From: an uncultured bacterium
GTDB taxonomy: Bacteria > SAR324 > NAC60-12
Assembly (NCBI GenBank): GCA_965662235.1
Contig: CBFIGY010000001.1
Coordinates: 64,001-128,000, forward strand
Direction of reading: 5' to 3'
Length of the DNA: 64,000 bases
Under the pieces are notes generated by a model. The model had not been told where the DNA came from. It searched no databases and saw nothing but the letters and a program-made list of their open reading frames with translations. The first letter of the stretch is position 1; every line of letters begins with the position of its first letter. Positions 60,876 through 64,000 of this stretch are shown one piece after another. A program made the position numbers and the translations under genes.

Positions 60876-61166
60876 GAGCGACTCTTGGTAAACAGGCAGA
60901 GCATGACGCAACCCAAGTTGCTGATTCGGGAGAAAACCGGAACTCATCATACCTGCACTCCGGGCTGGGAGCAATGCGGAAACCCACTCTTCTGAAGGCG
61001 TTTTTCTGGAAAAAAGCGGCTTGACTTCAGGCCGTGACCTGCCAATTTACAATGTTGCTCAAAATGGTTTAGGTTCCCTCTGCGCTCCGTTCGCAGGGAT
61101 GCGGAGGCACCTGAAGACTCCCGCCCTCACGTGTCAACACCGCTTTCACCCATTGGAGACCCCTGG

Positions 61167-61340
61167 ATGCAGAAACGCTGGAGCATGGTTTTGATCGGAC
61201 TGTCCCTCGGACTGTCCTCGTGTGCCTCAGGCTTTAATGTGGAGTGCATTCACTGGGTGGACTCGCTCACTGGGAAGGCCAAGAAACACTCGCAGTGCGA
61301 ATCAGCTACGCCTTCTCGTAACCGACCAATAAGGACGTGA
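61167..61340 (+). CDS. Small putative lipoprotein
   Basis: GGAG RBS; MQKRW, hydrophobic stretch, LSSC lipobox; stop abuts the dsbD start. Confidence 0.55.
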   Translation: MQKRWSMVLIGLSLGLSSCASGFNVECIHWVDSLTGKAKKHSQCESATPSRNRPIRT

Positions 61341-63296
61341 ATGAAGCGTTTTCTCACGGGGTGGTTTGCCCTTGTTGTGCTCCTGACCACTGTGGGAGTG
61401 GCTCAGGCTCAGTTTGAAGACCCGGACATTCCGGACCAGGTGGTGGAGCTGTCGGTGCAGCTGGAGCCATCCGATCCTCGCCCCGGCGAGCACGCCCGAC
61501 TGGTGGCCACCCTGAAGATTCACCCCGGCTGGCACGTGTACTCGGTGGTTCCGGCAGAAGGGGACTTTGCCCCGATTGCCACTTCGTTGCAGCTGACGGC
61601 AGACCCTCTGATCACCGAAGGGCCGTTGTATGAGTCCAATCCGGAAGTGGGAGAGGATCCCATTCTCGAGATGCTGCTGGCGTATCACAAGGAAGAGGCT
61701 CGCATCTTCCAGAACCTGCAGGCCCCGGAAGGTGCTGCAGCTCGGGCCCTAGAGGTTTCTGGAGCCCTGCGCTTTCAGGCGTGCAGCGACCGCGTGTGCT
61801 TGCCTCCGGAAGCCCTGAACTTCACTGCAACGGGGCAGCTGACTTCCGGCCCCGTCCGCGAGGAGTATGCCGTGGCTCAGTACGCCATTGATGAGGTTCC
61901 CGTTGCGGGTGCGGTCACGGGCGGTGCTTCCGGCAGCGAACTGGAGCAGGCCCTCTCCGGTGGACTGATGGGCTTTTTGGGACTGGCGGCAGTGGCAGGA
62001 CTTCTGGCGCTGCTGACCCCGTGTGTCTTCCCCATGATTCCCATCACGGTGGCCTTCTTCACCAAGCAGGGAGAAAAGGAGGGCTCCAGCACCTTCCGGT
62101 TGGCCTTCATCTTCGGCGCCGGCATTGTCGGCACCTACACCGTTACCGGAATGGGGCTTTCCGCATTGCTGGGAGCTTCTGGAGCCGTACAGATTGCCAC
62201 CAACGGGTGGGTGAATCTGGCCATTGGCGCCATGTTCACCGTGTTTGCCCTCAGCCTGATGGGCTTCCTCAACCTTGCGCTCCCGGCCGGTCTGAGTGGA
62301 CGGGCCGACCAGTGGTCCCGGAGCTACGGTGGGGTGATCGGGGTGCTGCTGATGGGCTTCGTCTTCACCCTCACGTCCTTCACCTGCACCGTCCAGTTTG
62401 TGGGCACCTTGCTGATTGCTGCCTCTCAGGGGCACTGGCTCTGGCCGCTGGTGGGAATGATTGTCTTTGCAACCGTCTTTGCCTTCCCGTTCTTTCTGCT
62501 CGGGCTCTTCCCACGGCTCATTCAGACCCTGCGGGGCCGTTCCGGAGACTGGATGGAGCACCTGAAGGTGATCCTTGGCTTCCTGGAACTGGCAGCAGCC
62601 TTCAAGTTTTTCAGCAACACCGACCTGGTGTGGCAGTGGGGAGTGATCGACCGGGACTTTGTCATCACCGCTTGGGTGGTGCTGGCGGTGCTGGCAGCCT
62701 TCTTTCTACTGGGTTCTGTGGCCGTGCACCACGTCCGGGTGCAACAGAGCAGCCTTGCCGGCTTCGTGGGGGCACTGGTGTTCCTCATGCTCGGGGTCTA
62801 CCTGACTCGGGGGCTCGGAGGAACGCCTCTGAATCCGTGGGTGGACACCTACCTGCCTCCGGAACTCTCCGCCAACGCAGCACTTCCCAACGCCCTGTCA
62901 GCTTCACGAGGAGCCGCGAACTCGCTGGATCATCAGTCGGTGGAATCACTCCCGTGGCAAACCGACCTGCAGGCCGCGTTGGTTCAGGCCCGGACTGAGG
63001 GCAAGCGCGTGTTTGTGGACTTCACCGGCTACACCTGTGTGAACTGCCGCTGGATGGAAAAGAACGTCTTTGCGCATCCGGAGGTGCTGGCACGCTTTGA
63101 AAAAGACTTCATCCTCGTGCAGCTCTACACAGACGGCGGAGACGATGCTGAGGTCAATCAGCAGCTGCAGATTGAGCGCTTCAACACCGTGGCGCTGCCG
63201 CTGTACGTGGTGCTGGACGCAAACGATCAGGTGCAGGCCCGTCACGCTGGCATCCTCAAGCCAGTGGAAGCCTTCCTCAAGTTCCTCGGCGGCTGA
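61341..63296 (+). CDS. dsbD: Thiol:disulfide interchange protein DsbD family
   Basis: GWHVY and QACSDRVCLPP (alpha), LTPCVFPMIP and FTCT (beta), CVNC thioredoxin (gamma). Confidence 0.92.
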   Translation: MKRFLTGWFALVVLLTTVGVAQAQFEDPDIPDQVVELSVQLEPSDPRPGEHARLVATLKIHPGWHVYSVVPAEGDFAPIATSLQLTADPLITEGPLYESNPEVGEDPILEMLLAYHKEEARIFQNLQAPEGAAARALEVSGALRFQACSDRVCLPPEALNFTATGQLTSGPVREEYAVAQYAIDEVPVAGAVTGGASGSELEQALSGGLMGFLGLAAVAGLLALLTPCVFPMIPITVAFFTKQGEKEGSSTFRLAFIFGAGIVGTYTVTGMGLSALLGASGAVQIATNGWVNLAIGAMFTVFALSLMGFLNLALPAGLSGRADQWSRSYGGVIGVLLMGFVFTLTSFTCTVQFVGTLLIAASQGHWLWPLVGMIVFATVFAFPFFLLGLFPRLIQTLRGRSGDWMEHLKVILGFLELAAAFKFFSNTDLVWQWGVIDRDFVITAWVVLAVLAAFFLLGSVAVHHVRVQQSSLAGFVGALVFLMLGVYLTRGLGGTPLNPWVDTYLPPELSANAALPNALSASRGAANSLDHQSVESLPWQTDLQAALVQARTEGKRVFVDFTGYTCVNCRWMEKNVFAHPEVLARFEKDFILVQLYTDGGDDAEVNQQLQIERFNTVALPLYVVLDANDQVQARHAGILKPVEAFLKFLGG

Positions 63297-63342
63297 GCCC
63301 GCCTCAGGTTTTCATTACGTAAAAGAGAAATCAGGAGAAGAA

Positions 63343-63361
63343 GGCCCGGAGGTTCCGGGCC
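63343..63361 (-). terminator. Stem-loop downstream of glnA
   Basis: GGCCCGGA/TCCGGGCC, followed by a pyrimidine/U-rich run on the minus strand. Confidence 0.5.
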
Positions 63362-63421
63362 GGAGGGACCTTCTGAGGGGCAGGAGAAGGAGGCCAGGCG
63401 GCCTCCTCTGCCTGCTGGGGC

Positions 63422-64000
<579 letters not shown>

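Noticed and set aside
61021..61053. TTGACT...TACAAT promoter
   Set aside because: The spacer is 21 nt, too long.

Overview
GC-rich (roughly 60-63% by eye), gene-dense bacterial chromosome segment. Gene content suggests a deltaproteobacterial lineage, possibly SAR324-like (inference). Most of it is housekeeping: yggS, metY, mutM, rsmH, ybeY, pyk, ruvA, ssb, smc, hisD, trpS, rplU/rpmA, pntAB, rimP-nusA-infB-rbfA-truB-rpsO-pnp, argF, gltA, fliM, rlmD, fumC, dsbD and partial glnA. It also holds an acyl-CoA ligase/LIV-type ABC operon, an Opp/Dpp-type ABC operon with an esterase and a DUF3050-like gene, a sigma-54 activator and a two-gene phosphorelay. I saw no rRNA, tRNA, CRISPR array or transposase. 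The notable signals lie outside the ORF track. (1) The palindrome TCCGGA is strongly over-represented in all reading frames (HIP1-like), and CTAG occurs mostly as CCTAG/CTAGG, a possible methylation footprint. (2) The first gene is probably a PrdB/GrdB-like selenoprotein: in-frame UGA in a UxxC motif followed by a SECIS-like hairpin. (3) A bacterial cereblon homologue lies behind a candidate sigma-54 promoter. (4) An outer-membrane barrel gene has an AT-rich middle. (5) A long nested stem-loop sits upstream of metY. All motif counts are by hand and approximate.
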